NCBI GenBank assembly: GCA_013204345.1
Contig: JABMOB010000029.1
Location: 1 to 61,434, forward strand
Reading direction: 5' to 3'
DNA: 61,434 nucleotides
Source of the DNA: Parcubacteria group bacterium
GTDB lineage: Bacteria > Patescibacteriota > Minisyncoccia > Phycocordibacterales > JABMOB01
Shown in pieces: positions 8,778-17,815 of the stretch (positions within the stretch are counted from its first letter, which is position 1; every line of letters starts with the position of its first letter). The translations under genes were made by a program, and so were the position numbers. The notes below the pieces were generated by a model. That model saw nothing but the letters and a program-made list of their open reading frames with translations. It had not been told where the DNA came from and made no database searches.

Positions 8778-10724
8778 CTACTTTACAACTTTTTCGTCAC
8801 CAAATTTATAACTAGGATCAGTAGTGATTCTAGTATTAAGAGTTGGTTTATCTAACTTTAGCACACTTCCTGTAAACCGATCTTGGCCCACAAGACTGAT
8901 GTTATCAAGCAATGTAGGAGTACTACCTACCTGACTTAAGCTTGGTAAAAAAGAGACCTTAAAGTTAACTTCATTTGGAGAAGAACCAAACCCTGTACCA
9001 GCTTTTATTTCTCCGGCGGACCATGTCACGGTATTATTTGCAGGGTTAAATATTACTTTCTGACCAGTAGGACTGACTGCGTCGTCTACTAATTTTACAT
9101 AGGAAGGCAGAGTTCCAACTACTTCAACATTAGATACATCATTGAAAGAGTTTGTGATAGCCCATTTTACTGTATAAGTAGTCTCCTTATCAGCAGCAGG
9201 AGGCATAGAACCAGTGTTTGTAAAAGGGCCCACTGAATGGACTATTTGAGAATTTAGACGAATGTCAGACGCAATTTTGATTTGGCGAGAAAGAGTAGCC
9301 AGAACTTCATCTGGCAGATTAACATCCGAAAACTTTTTACCGATAACTTCAATATCGATATTGATACTACCGTTTCGAAGAGACGACATAAGACTTGATG
9401 AATTTTTGAACGAACCAAAATTAAATTTTAGTGAATTTGTTCCACCTGGACTGATCCTCCCCAATCCTGTTGTATTATTTTTATCCCAAGAAATAATATT
9501 ATTCAAAGAACGGAAAAAGCCTCCACCTATGGGAAAAACTAATGATCGGTCGAGTGCATTACCTGTCAACTTTGCTTCTACACGCACATTATTTACATCA
9601 ACAGATATATTGTTTGCTAGATTAATATTTCCTTGTATTACTTCACCAATATTTGAAATGTAATCACCGTTTGTGTTGCCATTTAGATCTAAAACTAAAC
9701 CGATAAATGGTTTTTTTATAGAAACTGATTCGGCTACTGTTATGAAATCTATGCCAATAAGTTTTTCATCCTGACTGCTCGCGGTACCGATATGAAACCT
9801 AAAAGTTTTTTCTTCTTCATTTTGTCCTTGTATTTTTCCTCTAATTGTTATTACTCTTTTTTCTTTTGGTTTCAAATCACCAACTTTCCATACATTGTTA
9901 TCAAAAAGAACTAATGGTGTAGCACTTTGGAAAACAAAACCGAAAGGATAATCTACCCTTACCAAAAGATTCTCTAAAATATTATTTGAGTTTGATGTAA
10001 TTGTGGCAGAAAACACAATATCCTGGTTAGCGTTTATTTCTTTTGGATAGTCTACTACCAAAACGATGGGAGAGGAGTTTATAGAAATTTGATATAACTT
10101 ATCTTTAGAAAAAACAGCGTTTGACCCTTTGGCCATATATTCCATTGTAATTTTTATATCTTTAATACTATCCTTCTCACCAAACAAAACAGCGCTGACT
10201 GTTTTACCAACACTCTTTCCAGCTAAAATTGTTCCGAGGTTTTGTTTATCCCTCAAAAGCTCTTCACCAATATTTTTCGGTGTTCTTGTGCCGGGGGGAT
10301 ACTCTATTAGTATGTCTGCATCTGTAAGATCAACACTATTATTGTTTTGAATTACAATATCTAAAACAAGCTCTTCACCAGCAGCTACTGAAATAAGACC
10401 GTTTACCGAAATATCAATGTTGTTTGAAGAAATACTATTGAAACCGGCAAAAAATAGATAGGTAGCGACAAGCACCGCGACAAAAAAGAAAACTACAGAA
10501 CTAGTTAGTAATTTATGAAAAAAAGTATTTTGCGACTTTTCTTCACCTCCCGACTCAAGGTTGGTCTGAAACTCCTGATCTACACCAGACCAGTTTGTAT
10601 TTACATCATACTCCGTCTCTGTAATTTTTGACCGTTTCCTATCTATTACAGATGGTTTCTCACGTGAATATAAATCTTCCTGAAGCTCGTCTATTGGACT
10701 TTTTTCATCATTATTATTCTGCAT
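8778..10724 (-). CDS. Hypothetical single-pass membrane protein with a large beta-rich extracytoplasmic region
   Basis: 648 aa ORF with one TM segment (SSVVFFFVAVLVATYLFFAGF), followed by repetitive Ig-like/beta-sandwich-looking sequence. No family was recognised. Confidence 0.6.
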   Translation of the reverse strand: MQNNNDEKSPIDELQEDLYSREKPSVIDRKRSKITETEYDVNTNWSGVDQEFQTNLESGGEEKSQNTFFHKLLTSSVVFFFVAVLVATYLFFAGFNSISSNNIDISVNGLISVAAGEELVLDIVIQNNNSVDLTDADILIEYPPGTRTPKNIGEELLRDKQNLGTILAGKSVGKTVSAVLFGEKDSIKDIKITMEYMAKGSNAVFSKDKLYQISINSSPIVLVVDYPKEINANQDIVFSATITSNSNNILENLLVRVDYPFGFVFQSATPLVLFDNNVWKVGDLKPKEKRVITIRGKIQGQNEEEKTFRFHIGTASSQDEKLIGIDFITVAESVSIKKPFIGLVLDLNGNTNGDYISNIGEVIQGNINLANNISVDVNNVRVEAKLTGNALDRSLVFPIGGGFFRSLNNIISWDKNNTTGLGRISPGGTNSLKFNFGSFKNSSSLMSSLRNGSINIDIEVIGKKFSDVNLPDEVLATLSRQIKIASDIRLNSQIVHSVGPFTNTGSMPPAADKETTYTVKWAITNSFNDVSNVEVVGTLPSYVKLVDDAVSPTGQKVIFNPANNTVTWSAGEIKAGTGFGSSPNEVNFKVSFLPSLSQVGSTPTLLDNISLVGQDRFTGSVLKLDKPTLNTRITTDPSYKFGDEKVVK

Positions 10725-10770
10725 ATGGTTTTAAATTATAACACAAGATGCCTATTTAAGAATTACTTTC

Positions 10771-10806
10771 GACTTTATGGACATTATAGACTTTACGGAC
10801 TATTTA
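10771..10806. repeat. Tandem 9-mer array (GACTTTATG-like, 4 units)
   Basis: Units are gactttatg, gacattata, gactttacg and gactattta. The array abuts the recO stop. The same 9-mer is tandemly repeated at 27417-27449. Confidence 0.8.
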
Positions 10807-11397
10807 AAGATGACTTTCTTTGATAGCGTTATTTATTTCTCGAAGTGCCTCTTCCTTATGCTTATCCATACTATAGAGCAACTCAGCGTTCCAGCTGGAA
10901 TTTTCTGTAAATTCTTTTAGATTTAAAAAATCCCCATGATAGCCAAGAGAATATAAAATCCTCAAAAGCACAATGCATTCAAAATTTTTTACATGTTTAT
11001 TTTCTATTTTTGATTCTTGTAGAAATTGAAAAGCCGAGGAAAGGATTATAAAAAGTTCTTCGTTTTTTTCTTCTCCCGCGACAAGCTTTTTCACTAAAGA
11101 CAAAATATTTGCACAGACTAAAAATTTCTCTTTGTCTGAACGAAGGGACTCGTATAAGTTATTTGTGGGTAAAACATTTGTTACTCTCCAAATATTCTTT
11201 CCTCGGACAAGAGAAAACCGTGAATAAGAAAAGTCTTGTAAACCGTAGCGTAACTTGGATGACACAGAGCGCACAGCTTGAGCATTTGCGCCAACAAGTC
11301 CAAGATTTTTGGTAAAAATATAGATATATTTATTAGCTTCACCTGTGGGTATACTGCCCAAAATAAAGCCGTCGGTTGTATAAATATGATGAGCCAT
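10804..11397 (-). CDS. recO: DNA repair protein RecO (divergent)
   Basis: 197 aa. N-terminal OB-like GFILGSIPTGEANKYIYIFTKNLGLV, then a helical region with LLRILYSLGY. Confidence 0.6.
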   Translation of the reverse strand: MAHHIYTTDGFILGSIPTGEANKYIYIFTKNLGLVGANAQAVRSVSSKLRYGLQDFSYSRFSLVRGKNIWRVTNVLPTNNLYESLRSDKEKFLVCANILSLVKKLVAGEEKNEELFIILSSAFQFLQESKIENKHVKNFECIVLLRILYSLGYHGDFLNLKEFTENSSWNAELLYSMDKHKEEALREINNAIKESHL

Positions 11398-11448
11398 GAA
11401 TTAGTAGTCTAAAGTCGAATGTCAAAAGTTAAAAGCTTAATTAAAAAA

Positions 11449-14400
11449 CTAATTACGAGAAATTTTAATTGAAAACTTCTCATTATTGACTTCTATCTCT
11501 TCACCGCCAAGAACCTCTTTATATTCAATTTTTTTGACTTGAGTTGTTTTCATAATTTCTTTTTTGTTTTCCTCCAAGAACTTTTTACCTTTTTCGCTAA
11601 CAGAAACTACTAGAGAAATATCGTCTTTAGGATTTAATTTTTCTTTTTTCCTCAACTCTTGAATAGACCTAATAAAATCACGGATACCTCCCTCTATCTT
11701 CAGTTCAGTGTTGATTTTTGTATCCAAAACAACCTCCTCTGCAAGTTTAATGTCGAAAAGAACTTCCTTTACATTAACCTCATCTAAAATAAGGCCGATT
11801 AAATCTTTTTTGCCTTTGATAATATCACCCTTAACTGTAAGTTTTTGAAGAGGTTGTCTGACTTTTATTTCCGCCTTGGCACGAGCTTCTAAACCAAGAC
11901 TTACAATCCTTCTCACCTCTTTCATATCAGTCCCCCCAAGTACGTCCTTGATTGACTGTGCGTCAACTTCCGGCCAATCTTCCAAATGAACACTCTCTTT
12001 ACCATTGATATCTTTCACTTTCTGGTATATTTCTTCAGCCATAAACGGCATAAACGGCGCGATAAGCCGAGAAAGTTCTCGCAGGACAAACCGAGTGGTC
12101 TGCAGAGCATTTCTCTTATCTTTCTCATCATCACCTTTAAAACGATCACGTGAACGACGAATATACCAAACGGACAAATCGTCAATAAAATCACCAATTG
12201 GCCTAGTAGCTCTGTCTATTTCATATTTTTCAAGTGATGATGTAATCTCATAGTTCAACTGATGAAGTCGTGTCAGAATCCAACGATCCAAGATATTTTC
12301 ACTTGCATTTTTATCTTGAATAATTTCTTTGTTATCACCATACATCTCATAAAAAGAAACAATATTTTGCAGACGCGAAATATTTTTCTTGTAAACTTCC
12401 TCCACTCCTTTTTCCGAGAAAAATAGATCCTCTGACTTCAAAAGTGACGATGAAAACAGATAATAACGCAAAGCGTCTACCCCATATTTATCGAACAAAA
12501 TCCAAGGATCCGGAAAATTACCTTTTGATTTCGACATTTTTTGACCATCTTCCGCCAAAACCGTACCAGTCGTTACAACATTTTCGAAAGGAATTTTGTC
12601 GAAAAGCAACGTAGAAATAACATGCGTATAATAGAACCACGTCCTTGTCTGGGCTATATATTCCACTACAAATTGTGCAGGGAAATTATTTTTAAACCAT
12701 TCTTCATTTTTAAAAGGGTAATGTTTTTGAGCAAAAGGCATTGAACCAGACTCAAACCAGCAATCAACTACTTCCGGTATGCGTTTCATCTCACCATTAC
12801 AACAAGAACACTTCCACTTTATCTCATCTATATATGGACGGTGAAAATCAAGTTTGTAGTTTTTATTGTGCGGAAATTGAGCAAAAGCAAGTTCTCTGAT
12901 TTCACCCTTTGTGAAATAACCTATATTTTTTTCTCCCGAGTTTATAATTTCTTTCTCTGACAAACCTTTGGAACCAGCAACAAGAAAGGCAAGTTCTGTA
13001 TCATGTCCGACAATTAAAATATTTTTACCGGAAACTTTAGAATCTGTTTCAAATAAAAATTCCGTTCCCCTGTTTTTCAACTCAGCAAGTGTCTCTCCTC
13101 CATCTGGTTTCTTCTCAAAACGATCAGAGAAAGAATACTTCTTAAAATACTCACTCCATGTTTTTCCTTGAAAAGAGCCTATATTAAACTCTCTAAGCCT
13201 CTCATCTGTAGCAACACTCTCCTTTGACAAACCTAGTTTTTCCCGAACAATTTCCGCTGTCTCTTTTGTGCGAACAAAATCTGACGATATTATGATATCT
13301 ATATTCTTATCTTTGAGCATTTCTACAGAAGAAACGACTTGTTCTCTACCTCTTTCGGTCAATCTATAGAGATCATTTACATGACAACTAACCTTGTCTA
13401 TCAGATTTTGCTCTGCTTCACCGTGACGCATCACAAAATAATGATTACCACGAGAAGTTTTCTTTTTTATATCCTCCAAACCACCGACAACTTCAACTTC
13501 CCCACATTTTTCACACTTCCAAATCGGTAGAGGTGAAGCCCAATAACGATTTCTAGAAATATTCCAATCGGGAGCCCCCTCCATACTCTTCTTAAAACGC
13601 CCTTCTTTCAAATGTTCTGGTATCCAATTTATTTTTTTGTTTAGATCAAGTAAGCGACTTTTAATATCTTGTATTTTTATAAACCAAGCTGGAATGGCAT
13701 AGTAATAAAGCGGGGTTTCGCATCTAAAACAGTGCGGATATGAGTGAACAATTTTTTCTTTCTTAAACAGAAGATCTTTGTGTGCTAAATTTTTGATTAT
13801 CAAGACATCGCCAGATTGATGATCCTCTTTCGGTTTGACCAACGCACCAGCAAAATCAACTACATCTCCTTTAAATTTTCCATCCAAACCAACATGATGA
13901 ATAAACGGAATATTTTTTTCCTTGGCAAGAATCATGTCGTCCTCACCATACCCAGGTGCCACATGAACAATACCAGTACCGTCAGCAGTAGTTACAAAAC
14001 CAGCACTATAAACTTTCCAGGCGTTTTCTTTATTTGGAAAATCTTTTGTGACGAAATAATCAAAAATGGGTTTGTAAGATTTACCTACCAATTTTTCCCC
14101 TTTTATTTTTTTGATTATTTTATAATCTTCGGAAATTACCGATAATCGTGACTCAGCAAGAATAAATTTTTCGTCACCAATAGCAATCTCCACATATTCA
14201 ATATCCGGATTAACCGCCAAAGCAAAATTTCCCGGCAATGTCCATGGTGTTGTCGTCCACGCCAAAAAATAAGTTTTCGCCTGTCCCGCGGAGTCTCGGT
14301 GAAGTGGGGGTTCATCTACTATTTCAAACTTCACATAAACAGAAATATCCGTAATATCTTTATAACTGTTATCCATCGCAATTTCAGAGTTTGCAATCGG

Positions 14401-14967
14401 CGTCTCGCACCTTGGACAATACGGCAAAACTTTCGTGCCCTCATAAATCAATCCTTTGTTATAAATTTCTTTGAGTGCCCACCATACAGACTCTATGAAG
14501 GAGTTGTCCATCGTCTTGTATGAGCCTTCAAAATCAACCCAACGTGCAATTCGCTCTACAGTTTTTTCCCAATCGTGAACATAATCCAAAACTTTGCTCC
14601 GCGCATGTTCGTTGAATTTTTCAACTCCTAATTTTTCAATTTCTTTCCGACCAGAAATTTTTAAATCTTTTTCAACAATATTTTCGATCGGCAAACCATG
14701 GCAATCCCAACCCCAACGACGGGCAACATGGAAACCGCGCATCGTTTTGTATCGAGGAATAAGATCTTTGATCACGCTTGCTAAAATATGACCGTAGTGA
14801 GGCAAACCAGTGGCAAAAGGAGGACCATCGTAAAACACATATTCACCTTCTGGTGATTTCTTTTGTAAAGATTTATGAAAAATCTTACTCTTGTTCCAAA
14901 ACTCAAGAATTTTCTCCTCTTTTTCGGCTATTGGACTTTTATTATTTTCAGGTTTTTTCTCGGCCAT
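11449..14967 (-). CDS. ileS: Isoleucyl-tRNA synthetase (type 2) with an internal histidine-phosphatase-like insertion
   Basis: PHYGHIL (HIGH), KMSKS, WTTTPWTLPGN in the editing domain and zinc-knuckle CxxC pairs. 1172 aa, including an insert of about 200 aa at residues about 507-705. Confidence 0.95.
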   Translation of the reverse strand: MAEKKPENNKSPIAEKEEKILEFWNKSKIFHKSLQKKSPEGEYVFYDGPPFATGLPHYGHILASVIKDLIPRYKTMRGFHVARRWGWDCHGLPIENIVEKDLKISGRKEIEKLGVEKFNEHARSKVLDYVHDWEKTVERIARWVDFEGSYKTMDNSFIESVWWALKEIYNKGLIYEGTKVLPYCPRCETPIANSEIAMDNSYKDITDISVYVKFEIVDEPPLHRDSAGQAKTYFLAWTTTPWTLPGNFALAVNPDIEYVEIAIGDEKFILAESRLSVISEDYKIIKKIKGEKLVGKSYKPIFDYFVTKDFPNKENAWKVYSAGFVTTADGTGIVHVAPGYGEDDMILAKEKNIPFIHHVGLDGKFKGDVVDFAGALVKPKEDHQSGDVLIIKNLAHKDLLFKKEKIVHSYPHCFRCETPLYYYAIPAWFIKIQDIKSRLLDLNKKINWIPEHLKEGRFKKSMEGAPDWNISRNRYWASPLPIWKCEKCGEVEVVGGLEDIKKKTSRGNHYFVMRHGEAEQNLIDKVSCHVNDLYRLTERGREQVVSSVEMLKDKNIDIIISSDFVRTKETAEIVREKLGLSKESVATDERLREFNIGSFQGKTWSEYFKKYSFSDRFEKKPDGGETLAELKNRGTEFLFETDSKVSGKNILIVGHDTELAFLVAGSKGLSEKEIINSGEKNIGYFTKGEIRELAFAQFPHNKNYKLDFHRPYIDEIKWKCSCCNGEMKRIPEVVDCWFESGSMPFAQKHYPFKNEEWFKNNFPAQFVVEYIAQTRTWFYYTHVISTLLFDKIPFENVVTTGTVLAEDGQKMSKSKGNFPDPWILFDKYGVDALRYYLFSSSLLKSEDLFFSEKGVEEVYKKNISRLQNIVSFYEMYGDNKEIIQDKNASENILDRWILTRLHQLNYEITSSLEKYEIDRATRPIGDFIDDLSVWYIRRSRDRFKGDDEKDKRNALQTTRFVLRELSRLIAPFMPFMAEEIYQKVKDINGKESVHLEDWPEVDAQSIKDVLGGTDMKEVRRIVSLGLEARAKAEIKVRQPLQKLTVKGDIIKGKKDLIGLILDEVNVKEVLFDIKLAEEVVLDTKINTELKIEGGIRDFIRSIQELRKKEKLNPKDDISLVVSVSEKGKKFLEENKKEIMKTTQVKKIEYKEVLGGEEIEVNNEKFSIKISRN

Positions 14968-15056
14968 ATATAAGAGATATAGCCAAAATCATAGCATACT
15001 GACTGCTATTCCCCAAAAGGACGCAGACAAAAATTACTATTTGTATATCTTTTATA

Positions 15057-15569
15057 CTAAGACTTTTTTACAGGTTTATATTGCTTTCCAATACTAAAAG
15101 CTTTGTCTGATATGACCAAAATCCATTGTTTATGAAGACGCCTACCAACAAGACCGTACCAACGCTCGATAAAATCTTTTATTTTAAGACGGAAACTTGG
15201 ACCATTCCAAGGATCATTTAAAATAATTTCATCATTTTTAAAACCAGTGACAATGGCGTAATGATCATCTTCATCTGAAGGCTCCCTATAATGGACGATT
15301 ATTGGCATACCCAAACCAATAAAGTGCCTGATTTCGTTTATAGAAGAGTTGTTATTTGCGTAACAGTAAAAACCTTCCTTTATGGCGGCGTTTATTAAAC
15401 CTCTGTGACCTGTACCATCTGTTGTTGTTTTAGCCTTTTTTGTCAGAAATTTTTCACTCTTCAGATGGCCGAAAAATGACATGGCCATTTGCAAAACAGC
15501 TGGACCACAGGTGTAATTAGTATCTTGTTCGTAAAAAGGGACCTTTAATTTCATATGCTTACTATTCAA
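15057..15569 (-). CDS. Peptidase C39-like (papain-fold) domain protein
   Basis: VPFYEQDTNYTCGPAVLQMA (catalytic Cys context) and DHYAIVTGF...NDPW (His context). 170 aa. Confidence 0.6.
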   Translation of the reverse strand: MNSKHMKLKVPFYEQDTNYTCGPAVLQMAMSFFGHLKSEKFLTKKAKTTTDGTGHRGLINAAIKEGFYCYANNNSSINEIRHFIGLGMPIIVHYREPSDEDDHYAIVTGFKNDEIILNDPWNGPSFRLKIKDFIERWYGLVGRRLHKQWILVISDKAFSIGKQYKPVKKS

Positions 15570-15571
15570 TA

Positions 15572-17290
15572 TTACATCTTCTCAGGCACTTTTATACCCA
15601 AAAGATATAACCCATTGCCCATTACCATAACAAACGCTTTCGTTAAAGCAATTCTGTAAGGAGAATCTACGTTTTCTTTATCAATAATTTTCGTTTTGGC
15701 ATAAAAACTATTGAAAGTCCCCGCTAATTCGGTAAGGTACGTCACAATACCACTCGGTAAATATTCTTTGCCAGCCATATCCACAACCTCTGGAAATCTA
15801 TATAGGATTTTTTCTAAATCCGACACGATTCCATTATTCTTTTTAACAGAAGCTTTCATTTTGTCTGTTTTGGCTTTTTGCAAAACAGAACTTGCCCTAG
15901 TATAAGCATACTGAAGATACGGCCCAGAATCTCCTTCAAATGAAATGGATTTCTCTGGGTCAAAAATAATATCTTTGCCCACAGATTGCCGTAAAATGGA
16001 ATATTTTATAGATGCCACGCCGACATCCTCTGCGATTTTTCCTTTTTCATTATCATTAAAATTTCTGCCCTTCATTTTTAGGAAAACCTCTTCCTCCATT
16101 TCGTATATAAGTGATTCTCCAGTAATCACATTTCCATCCCTAGAAGACATCTTGCCGGAAGTTAACTTCAGCATTCCGTGCGACAAATGCTTTGTTTTTT
16201 GGGCAATTTCCGGATAAGTTAGTTCCAAAGCTTTTAATACAACCTTGAAATAATCATTTTGTTCGTTGGCGGTTATAATAATCGCGTTATCAAAGTGAAA
16301 CTTCTTGTATTTTCTTATTGCATGAGCAATATCTTTTGCCTCGTAAGTGGGAATACCTTGTGAATTTACAAAAACTCTAGTATGCAGTTTTGGATCGTAT
16401 TTTTCTCCTTTAAAAACAATGGCGCCATCGCTTTCTTCAAAAACCCCTTTCGTGAGAAATTTTTTAACAATAACAAGCGCATCTTTTTCTACCTCACTTT
16501 CAAAAAAGTAATAATCAAATTTTGTACCAAGCTTTTTATAGAGTTCTTCAAAATGAGCTAGGCTTATATTTCTCGCCCACATATACAATCTTTCTAATTC
16601 CTCATCCTTACCTTCAAAAAGTTTTTTGTTTATCTCTTTTATTTCTGCCTGAGCATCTTTATTATCTTCGTATGCGCTGGCGCCATAAGCATAAGCCCTG
16701 CCTAGAAATTGAATCTGTTCACTTAAGCCAGATGCCGGCATTTCGCTTTTAAGTTTCGTAATCCCCCACAAAGCTTTTGCTATATGAAGTCCAACATCTC
16801 CCTGATATGTATTTCTCTTTAATTTTGCACCATTCCATTCCAAAACCCTTGAAAGCGATTCCCCGATAACGTTACCCATAAGATGCCCTATGTGAAGTGG
16901 TTTTAAAACATTAGTATTTGTGTATTCAATAATAGTCTTTTCACCTTTTAGATTTTTGTTTTTACCATAATCATCTTCTTTTTTTAATATTTCAGCTATA
17001 TTGTCAACAAAAAACTTTTTGGAAAGATAGAAATTTATAAATCCAGGCCCGGCAACTTCAATTTTTTCCACTTCCAGTGGAATTTTTTCTATATTTGCTA
17101 CAATTTTGTCTGCCAACTCTCGTGGCGCAATTTTTTGTTCCTTAGATAATCCCAAAGCCACATTGCAAGAATAATCCCCATGAGAAAGTTCTGTTGGGTG
17201 CTCAAAAACGATCTTTTCTGGAGAAATAGATAAATCCAGACTCTTCAAAGAGTCGTTTATTAGAGAAAATAGTGTTTGTTTGATGTCCAT
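15572..17290 (-). CDS. argS: Arginyl-tRNA synthetase
   Basis: HIGHLMGNVIG (HIGH), a KMSSRDGN variant and a C-terminal DALR-type domain. 572 aa. Confidence 0.95.
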   Translation of the reverse strand: MDIKQTLFSLINDSLKSLDLSISPEKIVFEHPTELSHGDYSCNVALGLSKEQKIAPRELADKIVANIEKIPLEVEKIEVAGPGFINFYLSKKFFVDNIAEILKKEDDYGKNKNLKGEKTIIEYTNTNVLKPLHIGHLMGNVIGESLSRVLEWNGAKLKRNTYQGDVGLHIAKALWGITKLKSEMPASGLSEQIQFLGRAYAYGASAYEDNKDAQAEIKEINKKLFEGKDEELERLYMWARNISLAHFEELYKKLGTKFDYYFFESEVEKDALVIVKKFLTKGVFEESDGAIVFKGEKYDPKLHTRVFVNSQGIPTYEAKDIAHAIRKYKKFHFDNAIIITANEQNDYFKVVLKALELTYPEIAQKTKHLSHGMLKLTSGKMSSRDGNVITGESLIYEMEEEVFLKMKGRNFNDNEKGKIAEDVGVASIKYSILRQSVGKDIIFDPEKSISFEGDSGPYLQYAYTRASSVLQKAKTDKMKASVKKNNGIVSDLEKILYRFPEVVDMAGKEYLPSGIVTYLTELAGTFNSFYAKTKIIDKENVDSPYRIALTKAFVMVMGNGLYLLGIKVPEKM

Positions 17291-17388
17291 ATGGTTGCGG
17301 TCAGTATATCAAAATTACAAAAAACCGCCCAGTAACAAATTTACATGTAGTTTTACAACTTTATAACTTTCTACTTTATAACATTAAA

Positions 17389-17814
17389 CTACTTCCCCGT
17401 GCTCCCAAACTGGCCTGTGCCACGAGCACTATCCGACAATTCTTCTACCTCCTCGATTTGAGCAATTTCAACTGGAAAAATCACGAGTTGCGCCACCTTA
17501 TCACCTTTTTCAAATGTGTATGGTTTATCGCTTAAGTTTACCAAATGCACATTGTATTCACCCCTAAAACCAGCATCAAAAACTCCTCCCATAGTATGTA
17601 ACCCCGCTTTTGAAATACTACCCTTGTCTTTAATGATTCCCGCATAACCATTTGGAAACTCTAAAGCAAAACCATTATAGAAACGATGATTTTCCCCAGG
17701 ATTTATCGTCACTTGTTCAAGAGAATACAAATCAAGACCAACGTCACCAGGGTGCGCATACCCCGGCATTTTCACATCCTTATTTAGTCTTTTTATTTTA
17801 AGAATAATCTTCAT
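17389..17814 (-). CDS. dut: dUTP diphosphatase (canonical trimeric dUTPase)
   Basis: Motifs GDVGLDL, GVFDAGFRGE, GDKVAQLV and ARGTGQFGSTG. The start was moved to the internal ATG (MKIILKIKRL) to remove the overlap with the upstream MFS gene. Confidence 0.9.
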   Translation of the reverse strand: MKIILKIKRLNKDVKMPGYAHPGDVGLDLYSLEQVTINPGENHRFYNGFALEFPNGYAGIIKDKGSISKAGLHTMGGVFDAGFRGEYNVHLVNLSDKPYTFEKGDKVAQLVIFPVEIAQIEEVEELSDSARGTGQFGSTGK

Positions 17815-17815
17815 G

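Noticed and set aside
12853-13449. Intein or mobile intron inside ileS
   Set aside because: There are no intein splice-junction motifs (Cys/Ser ... His-Asn-Cys/Ser/Thr) and no endonuclease motifs. The insert instead carries histidine phosphatase signature motifs.
13816-14145. Plus-strand ORFs nested in ileS (also 12005..12253, 12541..12744, 12968..13171, 13339..13530 and 14299..14523)
   Set aside because: They are antisense shadows of the 1172-aa IleRS ORF. Their sequences are hydrophobic or low-complexity, as is typical of AT-rich antisense frames.
14968-15056. T-box leaders upstream of the aaRS genes (ileS, metG, glyQS, argS)
   Set aside because: The upstream spacers are only about 15-90 nt and contain no T-box (AANNNGGGTGGTACCGCG-like) sequence.
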